From a virus (Duplodnaviria; Caudoviricetes), in the IMG/VR virus record IMGVR_UViG_3300027985_001102, positions 1 through 53,983 of that record: DNA of 53,983 bases; one strand, given 5' to 3'. This document shows, piece by piece, positions 10,397-18,745 of the stretch (its first letter is position 1; the number at the start of each line of letters is the position of its first letter). Made by a program: the position numbers and the translations under genes. The notes under the pieces are model-generated. The model searched no databases. It had not been told where the DNA came from and worked only from the letters and a program-made list of their open reading frames with translations.

Positions 10397-10404
10397 GATC
10401 CTAC
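10397..10404 (-). promoter_or_regulatory. Late leaderless promoter -10 box GTAGGATC (same motif at 5634-5641, 8316-8323, 44578-44585, 53346-53353)
   Basis: GTANGATC lies 4-5 nt before the start codon of five structural-block first genes. Confidence 0.7.
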
Positions 10405-10410
10405 CTTCCT

Positions 10411-10426
10411 CGGCCCACGAATTGCA
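10411..10426 (+). promoter_or_regulatory. Sigma54 (-24/-12) promoter for HTH paralog 1
   Basis: CGGCCCACGAATTGCA = GG-N10-GC with TTGCA; predicted +1 about 10437, ATG at 10439. Confidence 0.7.
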
Positions 10427-10438
10427 CCAGGATAGATC

Positions 10439-10714
10439 ATGAAGCGACAACCACGCGAAGGCTCTCTAGCCGTGGCTTTGGGGGCATGCTTGCGTGCGCC
10501 CGATGAACGTCTGGTGCAAGCAGCCATGCTGGTGATTGCGGAGGCGCTGGAGGGATCTGATGGGGTAGCCACCCGTGCTGCCGCGCGCCTAGGCGTACCG
10601 GAGCGCACGTTCCGAAAATGGTTGGCGCAAAGCCCCTCCTTGCAAGCGATGCGCAGCAAGATCCAGCAAAAACGCGACGGTAAGAACATATCCCACCGTG
10701 TGGTACCTCAATAA
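10439..10714 (+). CDS. Stand-alone Fis-type HTH protein, paralog 1
   Basis: EALEGSDGVATRAAARLGVPERTFRKWL resembles the HTH_8 domain of enhancer-binding proteins; paralog at 28712. Confidence 0.8.
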   Translation: MKRQPREGSLAVALGACLRAPDERLVQAAMLVIAEALEGSDGVATRAAARLGVPERTFRKWLAQSPSLQAMRSKIQQKRDGKNISHRVVPQ

Positions 10715-10853
10715 AACCAATACGTTACTGTATAGCTGTGCATGTTTTGCGGAACCCGTGACACCCATGTCATTGGTGTTACAGTGGGATTAGATGCCAT
10801 GAGCGAACTTACGAGAGGTTACACGACATGTCTAGCTAGGCATGGGTCATGCA
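10715..10853 (+). promoter_or_regulatory. Sigma54 promoter region 1b: IHF-like boxes, palindromes at 10759-10772 and 10829-10842, -24/-12 element at 10838-10853
   Basis: AACCAATACGTTA (one mismatch to WATCAANNNNTTR); TGACA-CCCA-TGTCA; TTACGAGAGGTTAC; AGGCATGGGTCATGCA. Confidence 0.7.
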
Positions 10854-10865
10854 GCTTCATGTGGC

Positions 10866-11171
10866 ATGACCATAACCATCACCATTACGAATGAAATCCG
10901 CAACCTGGCTGAATCCCTCACTGGAGCAAGTCTCGCGCGTCGTGATGGGCTTGTCTGGCATCACTCTGCCACTGTCCGTTTGGGAACACGATGCCCACTG
11001 GTTGTCGATCTGAGATGCTGTGTGGGGGTCAAGAAATGGGCTACAAATGTTGGGAAGGCGCTCTCCAACAAGGGGATGCGTGTCCATGTTGGCAAGTGCG
11101 TTCGGACCTACAGGGACCATTCAACCATGCCAGATGGATGGTGTTGCCTCGTTTCGATTCTAGGGCTCTGA
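10866..11171 (+). CDS. Hypothetical Cys-rich basic protein (101 aa)
   Basis: ATG falls about 2 nt after the predicted sigma54 +1; first gene of a two-gene operon. Confidence 0.55.
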   Translation: MTITITITNEIRNLAESLTGASLARRDGLVWHHSATVRLGTRCPLVVDLRCCVGVKKWATNVGKALSNKGMRVHVGKCVRTYRDHSTMPDGWCCLVSILGL

Positions 11172-11182
11172 AAGGATGGGCA

Positions 11183-11587
11183 ATGAAAACCGTAAAAAAC
11201 GAAACCGAAGACCGGCCTGCTGTACTCGTGTCCACGTGCCTCATGGGTGTAGCATGCCGCTACCACGGTCGACCATGCGCCACGCATAGCCGAATCCGAG
11301 GCATGCTTGACGCTGGCCGCGTGCGACTTGTGCCGGTATGCCCGGAGGTGTCGGGTGGGTTGCCTGTGCCTCGTCCGCCTACCCGCCCCAAGGATGGTCG
11401 GCTCTGGTGCGGCGGGGAGGACGTCACCGAGGCGTTTGAGGCGGGGGCGCAGGAAGCGCTTCGTGTTGCGGTGGAGTGCGGAGCGAAGAAAGCCTACCTG
11501 GTACGAGGGTCCCCTTCTTGTGACCGTGATAAGGGTGTAGCAGCAAGGCTGCTACAGGCGCATGGCATCAAAGTCATCCGGATTTAG
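11183..11587 (+). CDS. DUF523 / TudS-like (thiouracil desulfidase family) Fe-S protein
   Basis: VLVSTCLMGVACRYHG, CPEVSGGLPVPRPP, DVTEAFEAGA, SPSC motifs; AAAGGA RBS. Confidence 0.88.
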   Translation: MKTVKNETEDRPAVLVSTCLMGVACRYHGRPCATHSRIRGMLDAGRVRLVPVCPEVSGGLPVPRPPTRPKDGRLWCGGEDVTEAFEAGAQEALRVAVECGAKKAYLVRGSPSCDRDKGVAARLLQAHGIKVIRI

Positions 11588-12845
11588 CCAACTTCTTCTG
11601 ACCACCCCGCACCAGATCATCGAATGAACGTGGCCCACTTCCGCCGTCTGGTTGCATAGGCCCGAGACGTTTTTCCCACCGGCGGATGTCATCAGCCAGC
11701 CCTGGGTAGTTGTGTTGCAAAGCAGCAGCCTGCAAGCCACATTGGCCGGGGCAGCACCAGCACGCCGTTCGAATGAAGCCGCGCTTGTATCCATCCCATA
11801 GCGGTACTCCACTGGATTCAATGATCTGGTCTTCTGTCGCCTTCTTGGTCGCAAAGCATGGCGCAAAGTGCTGGTACTTGTCACTCTTGGACCCAAGCGA
11901 CTGCAAAGCGCTTCGCTCTGTTTTTCGACTACCCAAATTGGCTTCTTCTGCTCGTGAACCAGTAAGCACCACCGTCGTTCCTTCGGGATGCTGTCGTACA
12001 TATGTACCGAAGGTGCGGTGGATCATGTCGTTGGCGCATGGCCGATAGATGATACTGGGCCATCGCCCCTCTTGCGCCAACCATGCCCACCAATCCCGCT
12101 GTGGCTTGAGTACTACACATTCCGCATGAAGGAATACTGCCACGTCGTACACATGCGCTGAAATGCCAGGGAATTCCACACCTGGATCCACGAATGCCAA
12201 CTGAAAACGTTTACCAGTCGCGTGTTTCGATGCCCAAAGCGCGGCGGCAGTGGAGTCTTTTCCACCGGAAAACTGGACGATTACGTCGGTTGCATTCTCC
12301 CATGTAGGCTCCAACCAAGCTGGCATGTCGAAGAAACCATCTGCGTCTTTCCACTCGTGCACATGTTGTCGTGGGAATGTCTGCCTCTGTTTTCGTATCT
12401 GCTCGAGCAACTTCGCGGTGGCGCTTGCATCGTGTCCAGTCCCACGCAAGTCTCCCCTTTGTGCCTGTATCTCTGCTAGTAGCTCATGCAATCGCTCCGG
12501 ATCGGGCTTGGCTCTGGCTGCTGTGGCATTGTCGGCCACCATAATGCGAATGGCAGTGTCGTCGTCAACGTCTACGTAATCGACATCGATTTCTGTCAAT
12601 CCCTCAGCCTTCGCAGCCATGTAGCGGTGGTTTCCAACCAGCACATGCCCAGAGCTCTGCTGCACCACGATCGACCCGTAGAAGCCGTTCTCTACCACTG
12701 ATTCCCTTACCGAATCCACATCTCCTTTGTTGTAGTTTCGCGGGTGAAGACTTATCAAGTCCAAGCCTACTCTCGCATGGCTCACATTCACGACACTGGC
12801 CTTCGCGTGTTGTGTGTCCAGTTTGTTCGGTTTATGCCCTACCAT
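11574..12845 (-). CDS. ParB/Srx-like N-terminal domain fused to PAPS-reductase-family (DndC/SspD-like PP-loop) domain
   Basis: HPRNYN, VLVGNHRYMAA, ADN (ParB-like); FSGGKDS, DPGVEFP, GSRAEE, Y.RGF.RTACWCCP (PAPS reductase). Confidence 0.88.
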   Translation of the reverse strand: MVGHKPNKLDTQHAKASVVNVSHARVGLDLISLHPRNYNKGDVDSVRESVVENGFYGSIVVQQSSGHVLVGNHRYMAAKAEGLTEIDVDYVDVDDDTAIRIMVADNATAARAKPDPERLHELLAEIQAQRGDLRGTGHDASATAKLLEQIRKQRQTFPRQHVHEWKDADGFFDMPAWLEPTWENATDVIVQFSGGKDSTAAALWASKHATGKRFQLAFVDPGVEFPGISAHVYDVAVFLHAECVVLKPQRDWWAWLAQEGRWPSIIYRPCANDMIHRTFGTYVRQHPEGTTVVLTGSRAEEANLGSRKTERSALQSLGSKSDKYQHFAPCFATKKATEDQIIESSGVPLWDGYKRGFIRTACWCCPGQCGLQAAALQHNYPGLADDIRRWEKRLGPMQPDGGSGPRSFDDLVRGGQKKLAKSG

Positions 12846-12895
12846 TTACGCCTCCATCTCAGTCTCCAACCGGAGAATGTCACGTTCATCCCACC

Positions 12896-13120
12896 TCACG
12901 CCTCCGAATCCCTACCAGCCAAGTCGTCAAGAGCGTCCGCCTGCTCCCGCGGCTTAGGGTCGAACGGGGACCACTCGGCCCCTGGTGGTGCCACTGCTTT
13001 GCCAACCACGTATCCAAGCACCGCACGGTCCGCCACGCGTACGATTTCGGCTCCAACAGGGAATCGCTCCGGGTACCGCTTGGATGCCGAACGAGCGGCC
13101 GAATGCGACGGAGCGAACAT
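12896..13120 (-). CDS. Hypothetical protein (MFAPSHS...)
   Basis: TGATG overlap with upstream gene. Confidence 0.45.
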   Translation of the reverse strand: MFAPSHSAARSASKRYPERFPVGAEIVRVADRAVLGYVVGKAVAPPGAEWSPFDPKPREQADALDDLAGRDSEA

Positions 13121-13548
13121 CAGGAGCCTACCACCCGCAACGACGATGACTGGCCCATGGGCTGGGAGTCGGCCGTCGAGTATCTCGCCCCGCAGGTGTT
13201 CCCTGTCTTGACGATTTGGCCTCGCTCCAACAGCCGACGCAACGACCATTCCAAGCGTGATCGCGGGATCTCCGGCATGTTCAGCTCGCGCTCGAGCTCG
13301 GCAACGCTCGTCCCAGGCCTGGATTCGAGCATCTCTATCACTTTCTCGTCGAGCTCGTTCGGCTTCCTCCCGCCTTGCCGCCTCGGCTTCTGCCTCTCGA
13401 CTGGCTTGGTCTGCGGACGGGATTCCCCTAAAGGGCTGGGCACCTCGCGTTCTGTTGGGCGGACCACCTCCAGGACGTAGGAAATCGATGTCGCCAAAGC
13501 CAGCTGTGCGCGGGCCAAGACGTGGAGTGTCTCGTTTGAATCAGCCAT
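13120..13548 (-). CDS. Winged-helix DNA-binding protein
   Basis: VIEMLESRPGTSVAELERELN...SLRRLLERGQIVKTG. Confidence 0.65.
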   Translation of the reverse strand: MADSNETLHVLARAQLALATSISYVLEVVRPTEREVPSPLGESRPQTKPVERQKPRRQGGRKPNELDEKVIEMLESRPGTSVAELERELNMPEIPRSRLEWSLRRLLERGQIVKTGNTCGARYSTADSQPMGQSSSLRVVGS

Positions 13549-13897
13549 GTTTCCTCGCCTTCACCAACTCAGGCCACAACCCAAGGTCCCAAATCGCCGC
13601 TCGACTTGCTTCTTCGCAGTATCCCATGCGAGCAGCAATCAGGGTCACTATGCCGCCGAACAGCCAGATGGATTTGAGCCACTGGTCGCGCTCCGCCAAT
13701 AGACGTTGTCTGCGCTCGCGACAGATTGCCATTCTAGCACCCCACTTCAGAAGTGCTTTCCTGGACTGCTTTCGTGGCCTGGACTGCTTTCGTGGCTTGG
13801 ACTTTTTCGGTTTGGCATACTTCGCCTGGATACGCATCGCGATGGCCGCACACCGTTCACTCGGAGACATGCTCCTTTCGACAGTAAGCATCCTCAC
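13541..13897 (-). CDS. Basic protein with (K/R)PRKQS repeats and a divergent C-terminal Fis-like HTH
   Basis: 18-bp tandem repeat at 13761-13805; FGGIVTLIAARMGYCEEASRAAIWDLGL. Confidence 0.5.
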   Translation of the reverse strand: MRMLTVERSMSPSERCAAIAMRIQAKYAKPKKSKPRKQSRPRKQSRKALLKWGARMAICRERRQRLLAERDQWLKSIWLFGGIVTLIAARMGYCEEASRAAIWDLGLWPELVKARKHG

Positions 13898-14097
13898 CTC
13901 GCCTCGATTGGTTTGTGCACTGGAACCGGATCGGCCGCGGCACCATGGACATGCACGCGAATCACATGTTTTGGCGTTACCGCCTCGACGTTACCCCTTG
14001 GTCGGGCCGTGCCAAGCGCGGATGTCAGATATCCCGCTGTGTCGTGATCCACATGAAGGTCCACAGAGCCGTCATGGCATTGGATGAGCCGAATCAT
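13894..14097 (-). CDS. Hypothetical protein
   Basis: RBS GGAAGG; overlaps downstream gene start. Confidence 0.4.
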   Translation of the reverse strand: MIRLIQCHDGSVDLHVDHDTAGYLTSALGTARPRGNVEAVTPKHVIRVHVHGAAADPVPVHKPIEAR

Positions 14098-14108
14098 CGT
14101 TGCCTTCC

Positions 14109-15479
14109 TTACGCTGCTTGTGTGCGCATCTTGCAGTACGCCATTGCCCAATCTGCTGGTGCCAGATAGCTATGAGGGATCGGCTTCCCCTGCATCCACT
14201 CAATGATCCCCCGCTTCGTTTTCTTGTCACGCAGATAGACCTTGATCTCATAATAGGCACCTACTGACTGCATGACCATTTTCCCCTTCAGGTCGAGCGC
14301 ACTTCTTGTCCAAGATTGGGCTAGACCATCCGCCCAAGTGATGAGTCGCGGGTCTGGTTCGTCCGTCAACTCTCGCGCACACTCAAACGCCAGTTGCCGA
14401 CGAATGGCAGTGATGTCGGCCTCGCGCTGGTCGCCCATGACCTTCGTTCCATCCTCCGAGAACATGGGGATTTGGTCTGGACTTGGCCTTGGTGGGCAAC
14501 GGAACTTCCTTGTCGCAACGGACTCGTACAGGTCCATTTTGGCCTTACGAATCGCCTCTTCCGTCGCCAGCTGCGTGGCCTCGTCCCGCTCCTTCGCTTC
14601 ACGTTCAATCCGCTCTTGCTCGGTGAGCAGATTGGTTGCTAGATTGTCTACGTTGGCGAGCTTCGCGCTCAGGGAAGCGATCTTTGCGTCGGTGTGCTTC
14701 GCCAGGATCATCACCAGCGAGTCGTCATCTTCGACGATGGGCTTGGTCGGCCCGTGCCGGTAAGCGAGATACACCGCGATGACCTCGTCCATGATGTCGT
14801 CGGCCTTGTCAGTCTCGCACCGGCGGATGACTCTCAGGGCGTTTCGTTCGTCCAGGTAGTAGGCGGTGACCTCACGCTCTTCGATGCCCTTCACAGCCCC
14901 ACGTTTTTCGATGCGATCCATATGGATCGCATGCAAAACCCCTGGGATTTTGCCACTTTCGTCGAGTCGCTTGATGAGCTTCCGGATGCTTCGTGGCTGG
15001 TCGAACCCGAGCCGTTCCGCCAACACGATATCCAAGATCCTCGGTTCTGGGTCGCCCTCGAACTGCTCCATGTGCCAGCCGTTCAGCACGATGGCTTTGG
15101 AGGTGGGGGCTGTAGCCTCCACTGGCTCAACCACTTCCGCTTCGACAGGCGCTTCGACAGTCTTCGATTGTGTCTTCATTGCCTCTTTACCTCCCAGCCA
15201 ACGAATCACCTTGCTGATGTCGACCACGTTGCCCTTGCTCTTCGCCACGACGTGGATGAGCGGCAGGTGCCACCCTGACACCATCGCAGCGATAGTGTTC
15301 TCGTTGCCATTGATGCCTACGGTGTTTAGGATTGCCACCTCGGCACCCTCGTGGATAGCCTGGTGGAGCTCGCAGTACCGCACCCACGAGACCACCTTGA
15401 TGCCCTCAGCGCCAAGCCTGTTGGCGAGTAGGCGCTTGGCCGATCCGATGTCATTGGCGATTACGATTGCTCTACACAT
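14109..15479 (-). CDS. Antirepressor-like protein (DNA-binding domain plus coiled coil); starts at 15479, with a second RBS/ATG at 15179
   Basis: PRILDIVLAERLGFDQPRSIRKLIKR...YYLDERNALRV..RCETDKA motif of phage antirepressor-like proteins; GGAGG/GAGG before MKTQ. Confidence 0.65.
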   Translation of the reverse strand: MCRAIVIANDIGSAKRLLANRLGAEGIKVVSWVRYCELHQAIHEGAEVAILNTVGINGNENTIAAMVSGWHLPLIHVVAKSKGNVVDISKVIRWLGGKEAMKTQSKTVEAPVEAEVVEPVEATAPTSKAIVLNGWHMEQFEGDPEPRILDIVLAERLGFDQPRSIRKLIKRLDESGKIPGVLHAIHMDRIEKRGAVKGIEEREVTAYYLDERNALRVIRRCETDKADDIMDEVIAVYLAYRHGPTKPIVEDDDSLVMILAKHTDAKIASLSAKLANVDNLATNLLTEQERIEREAKERDEATQLATEEAIRKAKMDLYESVATRKFRCPPRPSPDQIPMFSEDGTKVMGDQREADITAIRRQLAFECARELTDEPDPRLITWADGLAQSWTRSALDLKGKMVMQSVGAYYEIKVYLRDKKTKRGIIEWMQGKPIPHSYLAPADWAMAYCKMRTQAA

Positions 15480-16067
15480 GTTGTTTCGCGCTCCTTGCGA
15501 TAGAGATAAGCAGATCCCTGAACTCTGTTGGTGTGGCCGCTGCCTGTTTCGGGGATAGCCTCTGACGCTCGTCGTCTGTTTGGGTTCGGTTTCGGCACAG
15601 GGATACGAGCGCATTTGTCCGAAGCCCAGATCCCCACCGCATCGATGGCAGGTCGACACCATTCGCGTACACGTTGCCTTGCGGGCTGGATGCCCGTACC
15701 GGCCTTGCTCGACGTGACATGTCCATCCTCCCAGATAGTCCGCGTTCACCCATCCGCCTGTGGCCGGAGGCACATTCAGACCGTACGTCCCCCACGCGTC
15801 GGAATATGCTGGGTGCTCCAAGACGCCGCCCCACCTACGCACGGAGTCCAACGCCGACGCAAAACACCCACCGTCTACTCCTCGCAGGTACCCATAGCGT
15901 GCCTCCACGAGCCCCGCCAGACGGCACCACCGCGTGCATGGGGGGTGCGCTACGACAGGATGGGGACCAGGATACAATCGCGCGTCCCTGGATTCGTCCC
16001 ATAGGTCCACCCCAGTTAGGCCGGAGTATGACCCTTTTGGATCGACGAAGAGAGCGGCTACAAGCAT
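15472..16067 (-). pseudogene. Phage DNA cytosine-methyltransferase-like gene, frameshifted at about 15670
   Basis: VAALFV, VVAHPPC, VLEHP, GHPARKAT in one frame; YANGVDLPSMRWG...TPTEFRDLLISIARS in another frame. Confidence 0.7.
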
Positions 16068-16457
16068 CTACCGATCCGTAAACGGCCCCGTGCTGCCACG
16101 GAACCGCCCCAAGAACGCGTTCGACGTCCAGGCCCGCATGCTCGACTCCGAAAGCGTCACCTTGCCCCCGTACGCTTGGCGCACGCCCGATGTTCGGCTA
16201 GCCATGTCCAGCCATCTCGGACGTCACCCGTACATGTCACAGGATGCACGGCCCCGCAGACCGAGCATTCCCACCGACGTGGTAGAGCCAGCACCGTGGG
16301 CATCGGGTCAACCGTCCGAGTGTCGATCTGGCGTTTCCGGCCGGGATCGTTTCCTTGACTACATGTAACGCCTATTGTGCGACGACTGCCTACGTGTTGG
16401 GCCCGCCTTCGAACTGGTCCGGCCCAGGAATGTGGGGCGCCCATCGAAACTGGATGC

Positions 16458-16768
16458 TTCCCCGGGGGGGGGCCTTTTAAGGCCCCCCCGGGAACCAGTT
16501 CGTGGGCCACTTCCAAACCGGTTCCGGTGGGCCAGTTGGGAACCAGTTGGGAACCAGTTCGAGCGAAACGTGATTTCGCTTGGAATATTGCAGTTTCGTG
16601 TGTCGAACTGGTTCCCGAGTTGAGTGGACCACTTCGACGTCCTAGGTCTTTTTGGCTCGCGAAGTGGTTCCCAAACTTCGGGAACCAGTTCGACAGTGGA
16701 AACGATTGTGATTCCGTGGGGTTGCAAAACTGACCCGCGAACTGGTTCCCGCTCCATGGGCCAGTTCG
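16458..16768. repeat. Probable replication origin: GGGAACCAGTTCG iterons and a G9/C7 hairpin
   Basis: Exact copies at 16490(+), 16549(+), 16604(-), 16680(+), 16738(-) plus variants; directly downstream of the replication helicase gene. Confidence 0.75.
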
Positions 16769-16778
16769 AGTATGGAAT

Positions 16779-18338
16779 TCATACATCATCGTTGGCCTCC
16801 GTAGTGAGCTGCCAAGAGTCTCCGCCGCCTCTTCCAGCCTCCCGCTTGCTCTTCGTCACGATTCCCTCGCGGAGCATGTAATCGAGCGTCGCACCAACTG
16901 TCTGGCGTCGAATCTTCAGTGCCTCGGCGAGCTCACGACCGGACATTCCTGGATCGAGTCGCAGTGCGTGCGCGATCTTGCTTGCGTTGTCTGTTCGGAT
17001 GACGCTGGGCGCCTTCGGGGGGTCGACTTGTTCAAGGGTCATCTGCTGACACTCGAGACCCCAACGTTCCTGTCCCTCTTCCGAAAGAACATCATCGATC
17101 TTGAGAGCAAATGGTTGCAGCGCGGCACCAGCTGCTTCGGCTCCAGTCTTGGTCATTTCGACCTTGACGATGGTTGATCCGTCGTCGTTTACGCTGCCAC
17201 GGAAGGCCAAGACCGTGCCGCATGCTGCGTAGATTGCAGCACTCCCACGAGCACGCTCCTTTGCTTCCTTGTCCTTTCCACCCTTCCCGTCATGGTGGAG
17301 AAGGACGAACGCACACCCTGTTCGATCGCTTACGTTGAGGAGCTTCGAGACGTGGTCACTGATGGCCGCGTCGTTCTCGTCGACTCCAGGGGTGGCCGCG
17401 TGAAGGGAGTCTAGAGCGCATATGGTCACTCCATCGCATGCCTGTTCGAGTATGTCCTCTGCGTCAGGGCTGGACAGGCGAAACTTTCGAGGTAGGCAGC
17501 ACACGTCCAGGTTTGCTGCGAGTTCGTCGTAGTCACTCACAGCGAGCGCGCGAGACAAACGCTGGTATCTGAGAAGCGTTGCGCGCTTCCCTTGCTCGTG
17601 GTCGATGTGCAGGACGCGCCCAGGTCGTGCTACACGATACCTGCCCCAAACGTGCTTTCCCGTGGCAACGGCGATGAGTAGCGCCTGCAGTGCCACCGTC
17701 TTTCCGCTGTATCCGTAGCCTGACACCATGGTGGGTCTGCCTGGTGCGACATACAGTTCTGGGATGACGAACGGGATCGGTGGCATTGGCGCAAACAACT
17801 CGTGTTTCGGTACCAACTCCAAAGCTGTTGTTTGCTGCGTTTCAATCTTGGCGAGGAGACTCTTGGATGACGCAACAAACGCGACTGCATCCGTGGCCGA
17901 GTATCCCTCAGCGGCTATGCGTTGCGCCGTCGAGATCACCTGACGTAGGGCGTGCTTCTCGACGATTCTGCGGCAGTAGTCAGGAATGTTTGCTACCGTT
18001 GGGACGGTGGTCAGATCGAGAAGGGCATTCACACCCCCAACTCGCTGCAATTGTCCCAAGTCGTTGAGCCGGCCTTTGAGGGTGACGATGTCGAGACCGC
18101 CCGTCAGCTCGACGGCCACACACGCATCGAAAATTAGCTTGTGTGGATGCGAGTAGAGGTGTTCGGACCGAAGCAGCCCACGAACGGACTTGGTTGACCC
18201 ACCAACTATGACTGATCCCAAGACCGCTCGCTCGGCCTCTAGGTCATTCGGTGGGATTCGTGTTGGCAAAGGACGCAAGTTGCCATTCCCGCCGTCGTCA
18301 TCGAAGTAGTCGTCAGGGGGTAGAGCCACCACGGTCAC
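16779..18338 (-). CDS. DnaB N-terminal domain + RepA/AAA_25 helicase + C-terminal winged helix
   Basis: PPNDLEAERAVLGS, Walker A GYGYSGKT, ALDSL, LLHHDGK, RGSAAI; MSGRELAEALKIRRQTV. Confidence 0.88.
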   Translation of the reverse strand: MTVVALPPDDYFDDDGGNGNLRPLPTRIPPNDLEAERAVLGSVIVGGSTKSVRGLLRSEHLYSHPHKLIFDACVAVELTGGLDIVTLKGRLNDLGQLQRVGGVNALLDLTTVPTVANIPDYCRRIVEKHALRQVISTAQRIAAEGYSATDAVAFVASSKSLLAKIETQQTTALELVPKHELFAPMPPIPFVIPELYVAPGRPTMVSGYGYSGKTVALQALLIAVATGKHVWGRYRVARPGRVLHIDHEQGKRATLLRYQRLSRALAVSDYDELAANLDVCCLPRKFRLSSPDAEDILEQACDGVTICALDSLHAATPGVDENDAAISDHVSKLLNVSDRTGCAFVLLHHDGKGGKDKEAKERARGSAAIYAACGTVLAFRGSVNDDGSTIVKVEMTKTGAEAAGAALQPFALKIDDVLSEEGQERWGLECQQMTLEQVDPPKAPSVIRTDNASKIAHALRLDPGMSGRELAEALKIRRQTVGATLDYMLREGIVTKSKREAGRGGGDSWQLTTEANDDV

Positions 18339-18745
18339 CTCGCCTCGGTCAGTCTCCGGGCGTCATTGAGGGCTGCTGCGAGTTCGGCAACGGAATGAAA
18401 CTCGTACACAAGAGCACCGAACTTCCTTGCCTCTGCGATCCAGGCTCGTTGGGATGGACGAAGCTTCCCCTTGCCGGTCTTTGCTTCAAAGCATACCCAG
18501 CGACCTCGAGGAGCGAGCATCCCGCAGATATCTGGGATGCCGTTGGGGGCAGCGCGACCAGGCATCCCGTCGATGAAAGGCTGGATCTTCCAGCCCCAAA
18601 AGTCGGGCTGCTGGGCCAAGAACTGGAGCCCTTCGCGCACCAGCACAGTGTGCCTTCGGTTGCGGCAAGACCTGCACGGGCAGCCGTTTGGGTGGATGCG
18701 ATCGGCTCGTGTTCGGCGGATAGGGCTTACTGTTGTGCCGTTCAT
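18335..18745 (-). CDS. VRR-NUC / Holliday junction resolvase-like nuclease
   Basis: GIPDI...FEAKT.KGKLRPSQRAW. Confidence 0.85.
   Translation of the reverse strand: MNGTTVSPIRRTRADRIHPNGCPCRSCRNRRHTVLVREGLQFLAQQPDFWGWKIQPFIDGMPGRAAPNGIPDICGMLAPRGRWVCFEAKTGKGKLRPSQRAWIAEARKFGALVYEFHSVAELAAALNDARRLTEAR

Noticed and set aside
14109-16067. Single 652-aa protein as called in the ORF track
   Set aside because: Better explained as a frameshifted methyltransferase-like gene running into downstream genes that have their own starts.
16157-16789. 210-aa ORF
   Set aside because: Most of it is translated iterons; only the C-terminal CSVC/zinc-finger part may be a small real gene.
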